Of a DNA stretch of 64,000 nt, positions 25,786 through 39,230 are shown piece after piece (within the stretch, counting starts at the first letter, position 1; every line of letters starts with the position of its first letter). The stretch is from Bigelowiella natans CCMP2755 (Eukaryota; Protista; Cercozoa), in NCBI GenBank assembly GCA_000320545.1, contig ADNK01000583.1:1-64000 (forward strand), written 5' to 3'. Under the pieces are notes generated by a model. That model was not told the DNA's origin, searched no databases, and saw only the letters and a list, made by a program, of their open reading frames with translations. The position numbers and the translations under genes are program-made.

Positions 25786-26685
25786 AAGAAGAAGAAGAAG
25801 AAACGATAATGACGACGATGATGAAGAAGCAAAAAGCTTCCATATTGTTGTTAAGAGTACTGATTTTGACTTACATCAACAATAACGATGTGACACCGCA
25901 ACGACTTCAAGTAAATACTAACATGATGTAGTATTTGAATGACGTCAAAATATACGACGTGTGTTGTTAGAATATCGATCACGAGTAGTATTTCTTTCTT
26001 CTTCTTCTTCTTCTTCTTCTTCTTCTTCTTCTTTCTTCCTCTCCCTCTTCCAAACTGCTGCTGCTACCAGGCATGCTAATCAACCCAGCGTTTCTGGTCA
26101 AGCAAGCTATAGCTGTTAGCATTCTAGTCGTAGGTGTCCTTATCGGCAAGGTGATGATGATAGTATGCGCTATTAACTAGATGTAGTGCCATCTCCCTGT
26201 TTGCTTGCTTGACTGATCACTGCTGCGCTCTGATATTATGTATGTGTGTGTGTGTGTTGATCAGGTTCTAATACTTACGCCATTAGTTATAGGCCTTGGC
26301 AGTGACGTTCCAGGTGTAAACCTAGAGGTAATAACAATATTATTATTACCCCCCTCCCCCTCTCTCTGTACACACACACATACGCTCCCAACGGCATGCA
26401 TTCAATCGTAAACAACATATAATACATCTTCCTAATCAGGCTCTCTAGTTGTCAAAACTAGCATAAAATACCCTCTATTGTGCATAATTATTGTTGTTTT
26501 TATTGATATGATAATACTCCTTCTCAGATGGCAATACGGTCATCGATTTCTCTCGCAAACATAGGAGAATTTGCTTTTGTTCTTGCGAACGGAGGTTTAG
26601 AGATGGGGTTTTTGGATAGCGAGTGGTACAAGGTGCTGCTGCTTCTAATCCTGTTTCCAATGCTTCTGAAGCGTCATTGGTTTAC

Positions 26686-26716
<31 letters not shown>

Positions 26717-27246
26717 TGCATGCATGCATGCATGCATGCAGACACACAGATGTAGCATGCTGCTACTGCTAGTTATGGTTGTTCTTGAATATGAGTTTGG
26801 TAATAGATTCATTCTCCTTCCTATCATCATCATCAAATCGTGGAATCATAACATTTCACATACCATACACACTACACACGTACCAACAACGACTCAGGTT
26901 TTGCTAGGTGCTGCTGCCTTATCTCTTTTGATTTCTCCTCTTGCTACGAATGCATTGCATCATCTTACCAAGGTTTTGATCCTGAAACGCCTCTTTCTTA
27001 ACTTGAGAAATGTAGCGAGTAGCAGCATTTAGCCCGGGTCTAAATTTTTCCGGTTTCATTTCACATCACGCCATGAATTAATGGATTTGGATGATGATTG
27101 TGTGTTTGATATAATAACAGATGATTATCCTGAACGGTGTTATTTTAACACCGAGTATGGAAGCAGATGTTGCTAAATTGCAAGATGAAAAGTCATCAAC
27201 AGGGAACTCAGAAATATTGTTGACCAATGTCAAACATCACGCTTGA
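19404..27246 (+). CDS. CPA2-family K+/H+ antiporter, KEA4-6/TMCO3-like, more than 20 exons
   Basis: Exons include QPILLGYLIGGSVIGP, GLIQQFVQVETLAQLGATFLLFGLGCEFS, GCVLAMSSTTMVVK, ITVGILVMQD, AEVGAFLSG, FEPVRDIFAALFFSSIGMLINP, SLANIGEFAFVL and LLGAAALSLLISP. The signal peptide and soluble N-terminal domain are typical of KEA4-6/TMCO3. Confidence 0.93.
19920..20185. repeat. Compound intronic repeat: about 3 copies of a unique core interleaved with (CTA)n
   Basis: ACTGCCACCACCACTACTC(A/G)CACATCTTCTCGATCATGCGT recurs, separated by variable-length CTA tracts. Confidence 0.8.
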
Positions 27247-27259
27247 GTGGTAGCAAGTC

Positions 27260-28300
27260 CCAAACATTGGTTGAGTGTGCAGCAGGATCATTGTTCATCG
27301 TCACATGTAAAGGATGTGCTAGCAACTCGATTTAGTTATTCCTTCCGTCATGAAAAAAGTTAACCCTGATTGCGTCCATACGCGTAGTTCTGCCACGCGG
27401 CATTCTAGTAAGACTTCTAGAGTCATCGGCATTATCGAGATATGAAAGTATGCATGGGTGTTATCATCATCACGTTCATGGGCTTTTTAGCGCTATTGAT
27501 GACATGCACAAGCTAAGATGTGCATTGTGGCTATTTGTTGTACCTGCGTGCGAGCAGTCACATGTTTTTAGATTTGTCACCACTCGCTCATGCATCAAAA
27601 TGTCAATTTTGATGGCAAAAATTTTCCTCCATGCAAACTTTGGACATCGAATTTGTCCATTATTTCTGACGATTTCCTTGATTTTTGAGCAAAATCTGAC
27701 AAGCGTTTTTTCCCGTACATCAGTAGCCTTGGTGTCACCTGTTGTTTGCAAGCTTGTGGGTGGGTGCAACAAGCGATGCAGATGCAATGTCAACTGCGAC
27801 ACTGTGTGCAACAGTGCATTGCACACTGCCAATGATTGCTCTAGTGCTGCTTGTTATTGCCTGCATGGGCTGTGTCATGCCTACGCGTAAATGCGTAAGT
27901 GGTCATCATCACATGCATTGCATGCAAGCAGCATTTGTCGATCGATCATCCATGATTGCGCAAAAACAACGCGAGTAGGCATATGCAGGCGTGCGTGTGT
28001 CATGAGTAGCCGTGCTTAGATCACCTAGCACAACATGATGTTATTACAGGTGTGCGTAGCAGGTCTACGTGCATAGCGTTTGCGCATAAACGTTTCAGTG
28101 CACGTACACACGCATACATATATGACCCAAGAAACATTTTGGACGGATCGGATGTGAGGCCATCACCCAGTTTAGAATGTCGGCTAACTTGTTTGTTTCG
28201 ACCACGTACTCGCTCATATGCATGGTACGTGCAAGAATGCACAGGTAGAGATATCTTATGCACTACCGCAACGCTTGTGCACGCGCTATCATTACAAATC
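27260..28300. other. TpG/CpA-rich intergenic island 4
   Basis: TGCA/CATG-dense, with a Tyr-free 118-aa spurious ORF (27476-27832). Lies between the convergent KEA and PEX11 3' ends. Confidence 0.75.
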
Positions 28301-28430
28301 TGAACGGCTGATTATCAATCCCAGTTCACATAGAATTCAGTCACTCTGATTATCAATCCCAGTTCACATAGAATTCAGTCGTCACTCAAGAGGAACAAAC
28401 ATTGCTTTCTTTTATTCAAATGAGCAGTAT

Positions 28431-30639
28431 TTACTTTGGAGGGAAACGAAAACTGTTGGAACTGGTGCTGTTGGCACTCCCCCATTTTGGAGGTTCTAGA
28501 CCGCGAGGCAGCCTTGGGGTTGGTTTGCTTTCTACATTGACGTAGCATGGATTATATTTTCCGGTTCGAATCCTAGTCCATAGCTGCTCCGTTGCCATAA
28601 GGGCAGAGGTGGTGGAGAGAATAGCCATCCTTCCCTTGTTGAACCCAAAGTCAAAGGCAATGTCACTGGAAGCTGCCAGGTCAAGAAGAAGCTTGAAGGT
28701 TGATGCGCGTATCTTTGCCATTTTATCAAGAGTGAAGTTTCGATAGTGTTCTAGACGAAGGCGCTCGTGTGCGTACTCTGGGTCCTTTGATGTACGATAA
28801 CAATCCACTTAGATATAAGCTGCTTTTCGTTTGATGGAAGAATAAACGCTTGCATGAGTGAGGAAGTGTATGGATGATGACCAACGAGGAGTAGTTAAGA
28901 GGAAGGGAGGTGCAATGTCTACATAGGAAATAATGTTACCTCTATTTGATCGGCATTTAAGGTTTTTTTCTTTGCAAGTTCCTCCATACATTTCCTGATA
29001 TGCTGGATCCTTCTGAAGTTCCTCACATATTGGTACGTGTTCAGCAGTAGGCCACAGACGCAGCTCCCAACGTGAAAACACAGCGCTCTTTTGAGCCATC
29101 TCATGTACCATACTGGATCACCTCCGTGCAGCATCTTGGTCTTTATTGCGAGGCAGAAGTGATCGCACGTGAAGTAGCAGACTAGTCCAAGCATACGAAA
29201 AATACCTAGTAGCCGTAGCCAAACCTAAAAGCAAAACTCATCAATGATGGGTTCATCCAACAAGATAATGAATACGATCAAAATAACAAACACTGGAGAA
29301 GAAGTAAGTCTAGATAATCATTACAAAATGACACCAAAAGCCGAATGAATACTGACTGAAAAAAAAGAAATTGTTTGACGATATAAACAAAACACAAGGA
29401 CCAAAACCTAGTTAATAGCAGCCAACCCCCCCCCCCCCCGAAACCGCACCTTTTTGGTGCTGAGAAATAGGAGCGTCGCTGGGATGTGGGCCCATATTTT
29501 CCTCCTCATCTTGTGTGAGAATGGTTGTGAAACTAGCTGGTCATAGAAACTTGGACTCCTATGTGCTGACTTGTTGTGTCTACTACCTAGACCGCTACCA
29601 CTACTGCCATTCTTATCATTCGAGTGATTACCAAAGTTGACATTTTTCTTTTTACCTCCCCCGTCCTTCGTTCGGTTCTGGCCATTTTTCTTTCTATCTC
29701 CGTTGTCGTAATTGTCGTTGTTGTTGTTGTTGTTGTTGTCAGCGTTGGAACGACGACAATTCCGAACGATACTACGACTCCTACGGCTAAAATATACCCT
29801 GTTGTACAGGTCCACATATCTTCCAATGATGTCATTCCGGATAACCTTTGAGGAGGAGGAGGAGGAGGAGGAGGAGGAGGAGGAATATACTCCTATCATC
29901 TTTGTATTATTATTATTATTATTGTTGTTGTTGTTATTATTACTGTTATATATTTAGTGTTGTTGTCTGGGTAAAAAATTGTTACCCTGCTGCACATCCG
30001 AACCAGAGTCATTTGCATTCCTAGCTTGAGGAACTTCCGGGCGATGGAGCATGAAGAAGTGAAACCCATTAGCCTCCGCTCAAAATCGGTTGATATCAGA
30101 CCTGTCCCACCCTGTAGGTAAATGAAAGCTCTGCTTCCATACTGTATCACCTTTATCAGCTTATCCCTAATATGTGTTGTTATTTTATTATCAAATGTAC
30201 CATAAAAATACGCAATGCATGCATGTTCTCCTTGTCATTTCAGCTCACCGACAGGCAAGAAAACATCACCCCACTCGACGAAGAACATCGCCCTGTGTCA
30301 TCACTATTATCATTATACTCTTCTTCTTCTTCTTCTTCTTCTTCTTCTTCTTCTTCTTCTTCTTCTTCTTCTGAATTAGTAAAGTCCATTACCTTCCTTC
30401 GGTGGTGTTTAAAAAGCCGCTTAAATTGCCGACATTTTGGTCTAAGTACGCCAAGGCGTGTTCGATAAGGACGAAATAGCCTGAGAGTAGGAAGAAAGAA
30501 GGAAGGAACTAATAAGCCTGTATTATCTATTCTCGCATTACAATTGGAAATAAGAAATTAGGTAAGTAGTTGTAGCAGCACCATGCTCCAGAGCAGTCTC
30601 GATGAGAGATTCATCCTGAGATTCATCCTGATAGTCATA

Positions 30640-30671
<32 letters not shown>

Positions 30672-31570
30672 AAGGATTGCACAAAGATTCGTGACAACGT
30701 ACATCATAGTCGTCACGATCACTATCCACCTGAAATTAATGAAACACGATGCAGTTAATCTCTAAGGGTCTTGGTAAATATGGAGACAGCAGGAGATGAT
30801 GTCAGGGAGAACTTTTTCCGGCTTCCTCTCCGACCCCACACAACATAACATACGCTGCATTCTCCAATAAAATCATTCGATTTAAATTTTTTTGTTATTG
30901 TTTTATTTGCGTTCTTGTGTATCAAGATGGACTGACTCCTGGTTCGATGGGGGTGAGACTCTTGGGTCTACGCTTTTTGTTGTTGTCCTTGCTATCACCA
31001 TCCCCGGTACCATCGCCAACTCTAACAAAGAGCTTTGAACGTGAAGGTGGCATTCTCGGAGGGTCAAATTGTAGAGCTAGACTGAACCCAATGGATTTAA
31101 AGCGTGCCCGTCCTCCCACTCAGTGCAATGAGGAGTTGTCTGCAGACAAACCGGATGGGAGGAGGTTTGGAGGAGTGAGTTTCTTCTCTTCTTGATCCGA
31201 AAGAATAATAACAATAATAATGATAACGATAATGGTCACTGTAGATAGAAAATTATCGGGATAATATCCTAATCAAGCTCATATTTTCTGTTAAACTGAG
31301 ACGGCGCACAAAGAGTAAGACCCAAGCACGGCTTTTCTCCTGGCACTAATACCCCCTCTACAACCTGCTATTACCGGTTTTAAAGTGGCACTCCCGGGCG
31401 CTCGTCTCCCGTATACATTGTGATTGTAGGTGACTCTTCTGGTGCGTCAAGGTCTGAGTGCATTTATATTCCGCACTACCCGCAGTACAAGCGTTGGAGT
31501 ACTCATACTCGAACTGAACAGAATCCATTGGGAGATTCGACGATTCATCCTGAGAGGGGGGGACGGACAA
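28431..31570 (-). CDS. PEX11: Peroxisomal biogenesis factor 11-family protein with low-complexity insert, 5' end uncertain
   Basis: FKRLLNTTEGR|DKLIKVIQYGSR...FTSSCSIARKFLKLG is the PEX11 N-terminal signature. Also YFTCDHF and C-terminal KLLLDLAASSD...GRMAILSTTSALMATEQLW. Exons upstream of about 30480 are tentative. Confidence 0.8.
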
Positions 31571-31646
31571 CCCACAACAACCTCTCCAGTTGCAAACACT
31601 TTTGATGTGTGACTGATATAGGGTCGTACTTTACGAAGTACCTTTC

Positions 31647-32546
31647 ATGACTCTGAAGCACTTTTGCTTGCCAACATCGACATCGTCTGTCGCTCGGAAG
31701 GCGGAGAAAACGGAAAAAGTGAAATGTCCTCCTTTCGCCTCTCTCACCATCTCCGTTCCAGGGGCTACACATTTTGACCGCGAGAACCTCTCGCTGGTTA
31801 GTTTTGAGAAGCTTGGGAACGCTCTGGGCAATAATAATCGGAAGCAGCAGCAGCAGCAGCAGCAACGTGTCCTCTACGTAGGGTGCGGTACTGGCGTGTT
31901 AGGACTGTTGGCATTACGCTTCAAGCTCTGCAGCTATGTGCATTTCTCAGATGTCAACACAGAGGCCCTAGAGTCTGCACGTCGAAATGCACAGAATAAT
32001 GGATACGAGGAGGGAAAACACTTCCGTGCGTCGATTTTCGACCTCAACAACAACGATCATCCTTTGAACAACTATCCCCCTACGAGTTGCCGATTTGACG
32101 TAATTCTATGCAATCCGCCGCAAATGCCAGGTCCTAAAGACCTAGGCTACCGACGTCCCGACAAGTATGCAGGGAAAGATGGGATGCTTTATTATCGAAG
32201 GTTGGCATATCTGGCTGGGAAGCTCTCGCCGACTCCCCGTGTTGTTTTCATGCAAACGAGTTTCTCTTCCTTCTCTGAGGTTGATAGAATATTTCATGAC
32301 ATCGCCCGCCTTCACGTGCGCACAGTACATGTACAGGAGAGAAAAGTTTCCATTAAAGCAGTTTCTGCCCTTTGTTCCGGTCAATTCAGATGGTTGCATG
32401 ACCTTCAAAAGGTGGGAACAGCCTGCTTCAAGAAAAAGGAGGACAGTGTCATATATTCGCAAAGACTCGCTGCTGCATCATCACATAAAAAAGATGCGTA
32501 CAATACTCATGCAAGGGCTACTGCTAGGATCTCATCGTCCCTTTGA
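31647..32546 (+). CDS. Intronless class I SAM-dependent methyltransferase (HemK/MTS-like, NPPQ motif)
   Basis: 299-aa ORF with motif I VLYVGCGTGVLGL, HFSDVNTEALESARRNAQNN, FDVILCNPPQMP and AGKDGMLYYRRL. Confidence 0.85.
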   Translation: MTLKHFCLPTSTSSVARKAEKTEKVKCPPFASLTISVPGATHFDRENLSLVSFEKLGNALGNNNRKQQQQQQQRVLYVGCGTGVLGLLALRFKLCSYVHFSDVNTEALESARRNAQNNGYEEGKHFRASIFDLNNNDHPLNNYPPTSCRFDVILCNPPQMPGPKDLGYRRPDKYAGKDGMLYYRRLAYLAGKLSPTPRVVFMQTSFSSFSEVDRIFHDIARLHVRTVHVQERKVSIKAVSALCSGQFRWLHDLQKVGTACFKKKEDSVIYSQRLAAASSHKKDAYNTHARATARISSSL

Positions 32547-32675
32547 CATAGTAGAACGTAGAAACTCAGCGTCCGATTGTTGAAGTAGTTCAATCATGAA
32601 TGTATTGTTCCACCATTTAGACAACAACCGCAATGTATTTCAATTATTTTGGCTTGCACGCATTTAACTATGCTG

Positions 32676-32760
<85 letters not shown>

Positions 32761-32889
32761 CGTATAATGTATAAATCCATGCGAGACGGATGTATGGAAA
32801 TAATTACAATTTTTTTAATGGTCATCGTAGATGTAGCTATGCAAAGCGGCATGCTATGCATATATTTATATATGTATATACATACATGT

Positions 32890-32925
<36 letters not shown>

Positions 32926-32929
32926 CATA

Positions 32930-33420
32930 AGATAGTAGCTCATGTAGCAACATACATTGTGTCCACAACCTAGCACAGTGTATGTTGTGCGCCCCATCCA
33001 TGTGTGAATTGTTGTGGGTTCTGATCGGTCAAAGATGCGAGCATAAAGTAGTTGGAAATCGCTGCATCACTCAAAGTTCATGAGCGCACACATTGCAGAC
33101 ACTGCATGTTCCTGGCAATGATTTGGCAGCCAGCGGCCAGCGATTGTCCATCGTCACACTAGTATCGCACATGTGCACAATGTATATAAGTGTAAGACGA
33201 ATGTAATCAATCATATTAAATTTGTTCTATGGCCATCCTCATGTAGCTGTGCAATGCAGCGGAAATGATAAAGCATATGAAGCATCCGAATTCAGCGTGC
33301 ATCGTTCCACATGCGTCTATGCTATATGCGTCACATGTTGTACGCAGAATCGAGCTAGTGTTGGATATTAATAATGATAAAAAACACGCACAGACGATGC
33401 TGCGCAAGACTGGAGTCGAT
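32930..33420. other. Short TGCA/CATG-rich intergenic island 5
   Basis: TpA-poor stretch at about 32990-33150 between the two convergent methyltransferase genes. Confidence 0.55.
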
Positions 33421-33476
33421 TTGGACAATTATATATGCAATAAATACCAATGAATCTGACATCAACAATAGCTCGT

Positions 33477-36400
33477 TCATTTTAAACCCAACTTTACAAA
33501 TCTCATGTTGTCCATGAAATCTTTGAAAGATTCCATCAGGAAGACCTTTTTGCGATTTGTTTGTATACCGCCTTCCTGTTCCTCTATTTGCTGTTCATCT
33601 AGAAGCTTTCGAATCATTTTAGGGTGTCTTGGATCAACTTCCATCCATAATTCTCCTTATTATATAGTGCAAGAAGAAAGCACCACATTTAGAGGAATAC
33701 GGTGTCAGTCACTCAGCATATAAAAGCTCACAAAAAAATATATTTACCAACCCACTCCCCCCCCTCACCCCTCTTCTCTCTCTCTCCCGCCCTCTTTAAA
33801 TAACTGGAGGGAGGGAGAGAGAGAGAGAGAGAGAGAGAGGCAAACACACTCCTTACAATACACATTCTTAAAAAAAAAAACACCCTCTGCTGATAATATC
33901 TATTGTTAGGCATACAATTCTCCTCCTTCACATAGGGCAGAAGAGTTCATGTCCATCAAACTTTTTTGGGTCATGATATGATGATTTGTGCTTGGTAACA
34001 CACACGCACACGCACACACACACGCACACACACACGCACACACACGCGCACGCGCACCACCCACATAGGCAATGCTAACAAACGATGCTAGGACGACGAT
34101 GACGATTTTTGATATTGTTCTTAATACTAATCTCTACCCTGCTCGTTTAAAAGATCGGGAGTCTTCTCTATTATGTCTGTGATCAAATCCATGCCTTGGG
34201 GGGGTAAGGAGGAGGGAGGAAAGAGGAGGAGGGAACGTATGGTGGAAAGTGAGAAGAGTGAGTGATAGATAGCCGTGAGCGGTGTTCTCATCATCATGTC
34301 TATGTCATCAAAGTATTCCATCGCTGAACAATCATGTATTACAAGCCAATATATTCGCAACATACAATTACATACAAAAGATACAAATGCTGAAGTGCAG
34401 GTATGATATCCACAAACACGTATACACAAAGAATAGAGAGAAGTCGTGCGTGTGTATGTATGTGCATTTTAAACAAGTACAAAGCAATGGAGTCCCCTAA
34501 AGAACGCAGAAGAATGAGCAGGTGCGAGTAATATAAGACTAAATAGCGAATATATCTGAATCTCGACTACTCGCAGAAGATAAACCATTGCTGCTGCTGT
34601 CAAATGGCTGCTATCGTCTCGTCATCATCTATCATATTTTCCTACCTTCTTTTCCACCATCCAAGGCTCTGTGGTCTTCATGATCCTTCATAGTAAGTAC
34701 GACAAATCAATCATATATCGTACTATTTCTGGTCTTGACCCGTCATCTTTCTTGCGCCAACTATTACCGGTGGCGCTCATTCACATTATTACATACATGC
34801 TTCATTTGTAGGTGATATTGAAGATAGGAGTCAAACCACAGCTTTATTATTAGTTGGTGCAAGCAAAGCTAACCATTCCCTCCCTTCCTTCCTCCTCCAA
34901 AGCATTAGATGACCAACAGCCACCTTTACAACAGACTCTAGCATGTGCACTTCGTCGGTGGGGATATAAGGCGGGTTGGACACTATTAAGTCGTATCTTT
35001 GTTCCGGCTGCCTTAATTCCTCGCCACCCCCCTCAAATCTTTGGCAGAACTCAGCGAAGGCGATGCACTCCACCTTCAATGCATGCATATTAAGCCCAGG
35101 ATGGATGGGTGACTCTCAATCACAGATATTTATGTAACACAAGAGCAATGTAAGCAGTGTGATAACATTATGATTCCAGGAAAAACGCACAGGATTTGCT
35201 CGAGGTTTTGTCGCTTATATAATATTCAATGCTAGTATTACCGTTGTGAAATTTGCTAGCCCGAACATTTCAGCGTTCTCGACGGTCAACTGCGGCGCAA
35301 TACGATTGGCCATGAATCAAACGTATGGTGTGTGAAAGGATTATGATGACGACGTATATTGATTGTGGTGAGGTCAGTAACACCGGTAGTAGCAGATGGA
35401 TCAATCAATCAATCAATCAATCACCTTAGCGGCTACATCGGAGAGATCGATAGCAGTAAGATGTACGTGTTGGATCTTAGTGGCATGCACCCAGCTGTGT
35501 AAAATTGCCAAACCTGAACAATACGAATTAGCTTGTGAGGGTAAAACAACTATAATCAAGGTACGCTATTAAGTAATCGCCTTCATATTATGAGGGTAAA
35601 ACAACTATAATCAAGTTACGCTATTAAGTAATCGCCTTCATATTAGGAGACTACTGGTTCAACCTGCTGCTAGGAGCAGCCAACAAATATTACCACGGCT
35701 AGTACTACAACTTTTAATACTTCAGACTGCTCATTTTACCAAGTGCGCCAGTTCCAGAGCCAATCTGGCAACACCATCAGCCAGCAAAAGAAGGGGGAGG
35801 AGGTAGGGTGAGAACACGACAGCATAATGGTACGGATAGGCAAAAGATAATATGACAAGAAAAGGACATTAGCATAGCCAGACAATGTCAAATGCTGCAG
35901 GGATGCACAACCCTGCCCTAAAGAGCACACAAGGGAAGAGAGAGGGAACAACGTACTTCCAAGACTCTGAACGTCGTCGGCGATGAAGATGACGATTCTT
36001 CCGCAAGCTGTTACAGTTATCATTTTAGAAACATGCAGTGTACAATAAAAGGTTTTCTTGTAGTATTTCATGATAAACGATGTCCTTATCGCCATTTCTG
36101 TTACCATGAGAATAATCGATAAGTTGTTATTGGTGTTACTCTGGAGTGGTATTCTGAGATAATCATCTGGGCTAGTTCCTCCGTCTCTGGTCTTGGACAA
36201 AGACAAGGCCGTCTGATCCGTATTCCCTGCAAGAGAACAAATAATACTCAACCAATACAACGAATACTAATTTCAGTCATCATTTTGGCAAAGCTGCCAA
36301 AACCACCATCACCACCACCACCACCACCTTGAGGTCGAGGAAATCCCATTCACCAATGATGTATTGGAGAGGCGTCTGACGACAGAGCCGTTCCTCCAAA

Positions 36401-36999
36401 GCTTTATTGAGAATGGTGATAAAATTTTCTCGCTTTTTCTTCTCATCTTCCCATTTGTTCACTCTTTCGATGGTATTATCAATAATGCCTTCCTGATCAT
36501 CTTCCCCCCGTACCCCTCCTCCTCCTCCTCCTCCTCCTCCTCCTCCTCCTCCTCCTCCTCCTCCTCCTCCTCCTCCTCCTCCTCTCCATGAGTAGCTCGA
36601 ATCAACTCCTGATGACATTCGACGTGCATACTGAACGAGTTCCTTAGCAATCATGCGCGCTTCGCCTTCACTCTCACCGGAAGCAACTAGTCGTTCATAT
36701 GCTGCAACTTTCTCAGAATCAAATATGTCATCATCTTGCATCTCATTTCTGTCCTGGCTTCGAACAAATGTGGTGGCATGCATAAAGGAGCGGTGGTGCG
36801 GCGGCATGTCCGCCGAAGTTTTCCTCAGACCAATCCTAGCTGCATTGAAGTTAAGAATTCTCTTTCGTGTCACTGTTGGTACGTGCAGCTGTCGAGTGCA
36901 AGGGGAGGTAACTTTTCGCTGCGAAGCTATTCGTGTTCTGCTAGCAATCTCTTGCAACGTGGCCATCAGTAGCATGGTCCGTGGCAGCGCGGAAGCCAT
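33477..36999 (-). CDS. hemK: Release-factor glutamine N5-methyltransferase (HemK/PrmC; HEMK1/Mtq1-like, probably mitochondrial)
   Basis: Exons give PLQYIIGEWDF, CPRPETEEL, VLE|IGSGTGALG, TAIDLS, YDLIVSNPPYIP, HEDHRALDGG, GMDLI and ELWMEVDPRHP...FKDFMDNMRFVKLGLK*. The basic N-terminus resembles a presequence. Confidence 0.92.
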
Positions 37000-37681
37000 T
37001 ACCTCAGCAACTCCTCTTGTTTATATTTTACACGTTATAGCCACCAGTCCATCAGGGTTGTGATGGAAGTAGTTTGTTGTGCTATGATGCCCCCCCCTGC
37101 CCACCTTCTTCGGCCTTTCTGTATCCGACACGAAGAGAACTAATTCAGACATAAGATGTGTTGTTTGTGATTGCGAAACTCGAAATACCAGAATTTGATG
37201 AAATTTTTTCGAATATTTTCAATCTAAATATTGTCGTATAATATAAATCAGAATCTTTTCGTGATATGAAGAAAAAAGAGTGTTGGTTCTATTCACAGAC
37301 ACAATCATCCCAGTATTATCTAAATATTATTATCCAAATACTGAATTTCATTTGGTGGTTATTGTTGTGGTTTTCTGGTATCAGATTTATCGTTGGTGGT
37401 AATGTACAGCATTTCAATTCAGATGTTATATCGATTAAAATATGACTAATACATTCTTATTTGCAGAACAATTAGCCAACAACAATCGAGAAAGAAGGTG
37501 GAAAAAGACACACAGCTTCCCGCCAATTCTGTGCTTCAATGCCCCTCCTCGTGCCCCCTCAGCCGGAAGCACGGATAGAATGAGCGGTGAAAAAGATTTG
37601 TGGGTGGGGTGACCAAGTTCGCAATTATAAGTTGGATCCCGGCAATGAAGCAGCCGTTGTAGGCAAGCTGGTTTCTAATTC

Positions 37682-38540
37682 ATGTTTATCAGCGCCTCCT
37701 CAGCTTCGAACGCTGCACGCACAGCTCCTCAGACTCGCCGTCCTGTGTGTCGTATTAGCTGTCCCAAATCATCGTCCAACCTATCTCTCTCCCCTTCTTC
37801 CTCTTCCCTGTTAACAAACTTGCTCGCTCTGTGCATCATACTAGTGGCCGCAGCTTGTTGTTATGTATTGCCTCAATACGAACGCTATCAGGTATGTTAT
37901 CGTGTTTACGATCTAGATACGGACTTCATCTTTACGACGAGTTACGCATGTTTCAACAGTTTCAGACCAATCTCAAGATGGCAGCTGTTAGTGCTCAGGG
38001 CCCGTCATCAGTAGCAACAACACTGCATGAGTGCGGTGCTTGCTTCGGCGACCTTTGCTCCAAGCAGCAAGCTCTTTTGGTACGTCTATTTTGACGATGT
38101 TTTTTTCAGATCGAAACACGATCAATCAATATTATATGTGCCAACAATTAAGGTCCATTACGATCCCAAAACAAAGACGTTGGAGAAGGTAGATAGGCGT
38201 GTGTGCTTGTAGATGTAAAAACTATATTGAAGCATTGTAAGCATTCCAATGAACGACCATCTCCATTTATGAAAATGCACCGACATGCTACCCCCTCCCC
38301 CAAATACATTATGCTGTGTCTATGTGTGTCTGATTGTGTGTGTGTGTATTCCAGAATGTTGTCCTCCATTGTTTCCTAGCCTTATTTGTGAGAAATATTC
38401 CCTCTAATAACCCTCCTTTCTACTTCTCTGCCGTTCCTTCCTCAATTTCTGTACTCCTCCTGTGCTGTAGTGCTGCAACCATATAATCCATGCGGAGTGT
38501 GGTCGTCTTTTGCTACCGAATCATAACCTAAATCGGGTAA

Positions 38541-38578
<38 letters not shown>

Positions 38579-39177
38579 TACATTTGTATATAAATATGGA
38601 GACAGAAAAATAAGCGATCATGCCGAACACTGCTGTGTGTTTGTTACATCATGCTTACAAGCACAGCCTTGTATGCTAAAAGCTGCGATGAAAATGTCAG
38701 CCACTGGTGTGATTGCTCCTTAAACTATTGATGAACCAGGTTGTTCCCCCTCCTGGGCTCTTTTACAACAAATGTCCTCGTTGCACCGCCACATTCTCCG
38801 ACCTCTTGCTGCTACCGAATGCAAGATCGGACCCATCGCTTTTCTTACACTCACTCGTTCTGGATAAAACCAATGTAACAACGGAAATAAATTAAGGCCT
38901 AACAGATGCCATGCAATAATACTCAAAACCCTATATTTCCTCCTCCTCCTCCTCATTGTGCCTCCTTCTTGTGTTCCCCCCCCCCCCTTGTTTAAAGCGA
39001 GTTGGTGTGGCAGAACTCACAGAGGCTATTCAAAGCACGGTATACACTCGCTTCGTTGACAATAAATACTTACGAATGCTCACCACAACCACAAACATCC
39101 TACTTTTTTGTGTATTTATCAACAAGGGGTGAGAGGGGGGAAAGGGATCAGCAGCACAGAAATACGGGTTGTTTGGG

Positions 39178-39230
<53 letters not shown>

